DNA of 63,843 bases, the filler included, from Reticulomyxa filosa (lineage: Eukaryota > Protista > Foraminifera), in NCBI GenBank assembly GCA_000512085.1. It is 23 parts of 23 records of this genome, joined end to end, with 100 filler letters (N's around TTAATTAATTAA, not from the genome) between each part and the next. Parts side by side here need not be neighbours in the genome. Positions count along the whole stretch, not along the records: positions 60,614 to 62,128 come from ASPP01019219.1; positions 62,229 to 63,843 come from ASPP01045904.1; 21 more parts are not named here. One strand, written 5' to 3'. Both the position numbers and the translations under genes were made by a program. Below are positions 61,780 to 63,843 of the stretch, piece by piece. A model generated the notes under the pieces. It searched no databases. It worked only from the letters and a program-made list of their open reading frames with translations, and was not told the DNA's origin. Numbering within the stretch: the first letter of the stretch is position 1; the number at the start of each line of letters is the position of its first letter.

Positions 61780-62128
61780 TATCAGGCAACTACAATCTTT
61801 AATCATTCAATGGGCATTCAAGTTATGTATATTGTGTGAGATTTTCGTTATATCATTACCGCAATCTTCATCGTAATGTTATTTGTTCTTCATCATATGA
61901 CAGCACCATTATATTTTTTGGGATATCAAAAATAATCAACAATTGAATATATTCAATGAACATACTGATAATATATTCTGAATCAAATGATAATACAATT
62001 CGTTTTTTGAATATTCGATCAAATAAGAATCAATTGTATATAATCAAAGGATATAATGAAATAATTTGTCTTACATTTATTTTATTGAAAAAGAAAGAGA
62101 TGACAAAGAATATTACTTATGATTTATG
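61780..62128 (+). pseudogene. Degraded WD40 gene
   Basis: FNGHSSYVYCVRFS..ICSSSYDS..FWDI..SNDNTIRFLNIRSNKNQL in shifting frames. Confidence 0.7.
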
Positions 62129-62230
62129 NNNNNNNNNNNNNNNNNNNNNNNNNNNNNNNNNNNNNNNNNNNNTTAATTAATTAANNNNNNNNNNNNNNNN
62201 NNNNNNNNNNNNNNNNNNNNNNNNNNNNAA

Positions 62231-63136
62231 GACAACTTGCAACAACCCACGCCGAAATACCTTTTTGATATCACTGAAAATGATATTTTATGTTTCGATG
62301 AAAATCATTTAAATGATATCATTCAAAGACGAAGTATTCCAGTATTACAATATGGTCAAAGTGACAAATCCAAATGCTTCGACTTGGAATCTATTGAAAA
62401 TGATATTCGTCACACCTTTGTTCATGGTCGACGACCACTTACATTTATTATTCCTTTGTTTGAATATCGTAGTGGCTTTGATATTCACAGTTGCATTACA
62501 ACTATTGAAACACGTCATAAAAAATGCAAAAATGCACAATTCCAGTCATTTTGGGACAAATTGAACTTGTCAGCTGCTTCACCTCTGGAAAAACAAAAAG
62601 CACTGGGAATGTTAAATGATGTAATTGTTTATTTCTATCAAAATCTTAATAATCTTCAAGTGAATATGCGATTAACTGAATTACTTGAAAAATTGCACTT
62701 TGAGAAAAAAGATTGGGGTTTATTTTCCCAACGAGGCTATTCCAATGATGGAAGGGATCAACTCTGTGTCAAACATGTTGGAGTGTTATGGCGCCAATTG
62801 CATAATATAGTTCAATCTGAACGTTTGGATGAAAGTTCAATTGCTCCATTTGTTCTTGAGATTTATCGACAACCTTTAACTGGTGAAGCACAAACACAAA
62901 TCAAAGAATTTGTTAAAAAAACTTCGATGGGTACTATGAAGGGGATATTAAAGGCTTGGCGTGAAATTGCTTATAAACAAGGGCATATAAAACGAAACGC
63001 AAAAGCTGAAGATTTTACTCATATGCTGAAACATTGTGATTTAAAATATTTTCCACATCAATTTTTGAAATGGGAACATTGCGCTGCTGCCTATGAATGT
63101 GCATACCAATATGCATGTCAAGAATGGAAGATATAA
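62231..63136 (+). CDS. RNF213: RNF213 (mysterin)-like protein, C-terminal domain, 5' partial
   Basis: FDLESIENDIRHTFVHGRRPLTFIIPLFEYR vs human FDLEKIQRQIVSRFLQGKPRLSLKGIPTLVYR; CVKHVGVLWRQL vs CQLKHTIALWQFL; PF..YRQPL vs PF..YKADL; FP..HCAAAY vs FP..SCVSVW; collinear to the stop. Confidence 0.75.
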   Translation, partial: DNLQQPTPKYLFDITENDILCFDENHLNDIIQRRSIPVLQYGQSDKSKCFDLESIENDIRHTFVHGRRPLTFIIPLFEYRSGFDIHSCITTIETRHKKCKNAQFQSFWDKLNLSAASPLEKQKALGMLNDVIVYFYQNLNNLQVNMRLTELLEKLHFEKKDWGLFSQRGYSNDGRDQLCVKHVGVLWRQLHNIVQSERLDESSIAPFVLEIYRQPLTGEAQTQIKEFVKKTSMGTMKGILKAWREIAYKQGHIKRNAKAEDFTHMLKHCDLKYFPHQFLKWEHCAAAYECAYQYACQEWKI

Positions 63137-63471
63137 GATCAACAATCAAAAAAATTGTCGTAGATTGAAAGCTTTTGGCAAAAATGCTTTTTGAAAATAG
63201 GTCATTTTTTTTTATATGTACAGTATATTGCAAAAAAACTAGCATACCTAAAGGCACCATAAGATAGTCGATTTTCTTCACGAAAGATAAACATTTAACT
63301 CTAATTTTTTTTTATATGATTTTTGAAAATTTCGCAGTAATGCATATAAATCAAACATGTGTTGCTAAGATGTAATTTTTAAATATTCTTCTTTTTTGGG
63401 AATCTTCAGGTCAAGTAGGTAATTAAAAAATAGCACAGCATTAAAATTCACTTTTTTGAAATTTTTTTTTG

Positions 63472-63790
63472 TATGGTTCTTTCGTCTGCAGTACTTGCAT
63501 ACATGCTTCTTGGTGCAATCTTTAGCGAAGTGGTTCAAACCAAAGCACTTCCTGAATGAAATGCAATCGGTCTGCTAATGTATCTGTCAAATAGCCCGCA
63601 CGTTACATGTAGTTACCCAATTCTTACTTCCTTTTCTTGTAGTGCTCTTTTCACATCATTCGATGTGGCAAACAGAACTTTCACAATCGGGAGACCTTTA
63701 AACATCTCCAATTTCTCGACGTTGTATTCCATTTCTTGCATTGCTCCAATAATTTCATAATCGCTTTCATTAGCACATATCTGTTCATTT
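63472..63790 (-). mobile_element. Degenerate non-LTR retrotransposon ORF1 (gag-like, CCHC zinc knuckles)
   Basis: LPIVKVLF..VKRAL..VRIG*..RP.. then RKCFGLNHFAKDCTKKHVCKYCRRKNH; in-frame stop and frameshift. Confidence 0.7.
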
Positions 63791-63843
63791 CAGGGTCTTC
63801 TACTACAGTAGATTGCAAAAAAAACCGCCATACCTAAATGGCA

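Noticed and set aside
1-63843. rRNA, tRNA, CRISPR arrays, telomeric repeats
   Set aside because: None recognised by eye; tRNAscan-SE and Infernal would be needed to exclude small RNAs

Overview
This is not contiguous chromosome. It is 23 short contigs joined by 22 identical 100-nt artificial spacers (44 N + TTAATTAATTAA + 44 N), so adjacency across a spacer is meaningless. All but one contig come from an AT-rich eukaryote with GT-AG introns and long poly-A/T runs. The gene families (WD40 relics ending ..WDIRSNK..IWG, TRAF-Zn/Gly-rich, CUE-PUB, Kelch-caspase-TPR) resemble those I associate with the foraminiferan Reticulomyxa filosa; this is inference, not a search result. One 1-kb contig (55576-56601) is GC-rich bacterial DNA with a glucose dehydrogenase and an AHL lactonase. 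Recognisable genes: TFIIA large subunit, an Arf GTPase with an unusual MGCxxS N-terminus, Rad9, eIF2-alpha, PP2C, an SLC49-type MFS transporter and a probable ArfGAP. The most interesting signal is an apparent protist innate-immunity/ubiquitin toolkit: two RNF213 (mysterin) C-terminal domains, a HET-E-like WD40 sensor next to a Kelch-pseudocaspase-TPR gene and a CUE-PUB gene on one contig, and a TRAF-like protein with a glycine-rich domain. Four probable pseudoenzymes also occur (kinase, peroxiredoxin with NLS, prolyl 4-hydroxylase with HDEL, caspase). All assignments are by-eye motif recognition against recalled sequences; no searches were run.
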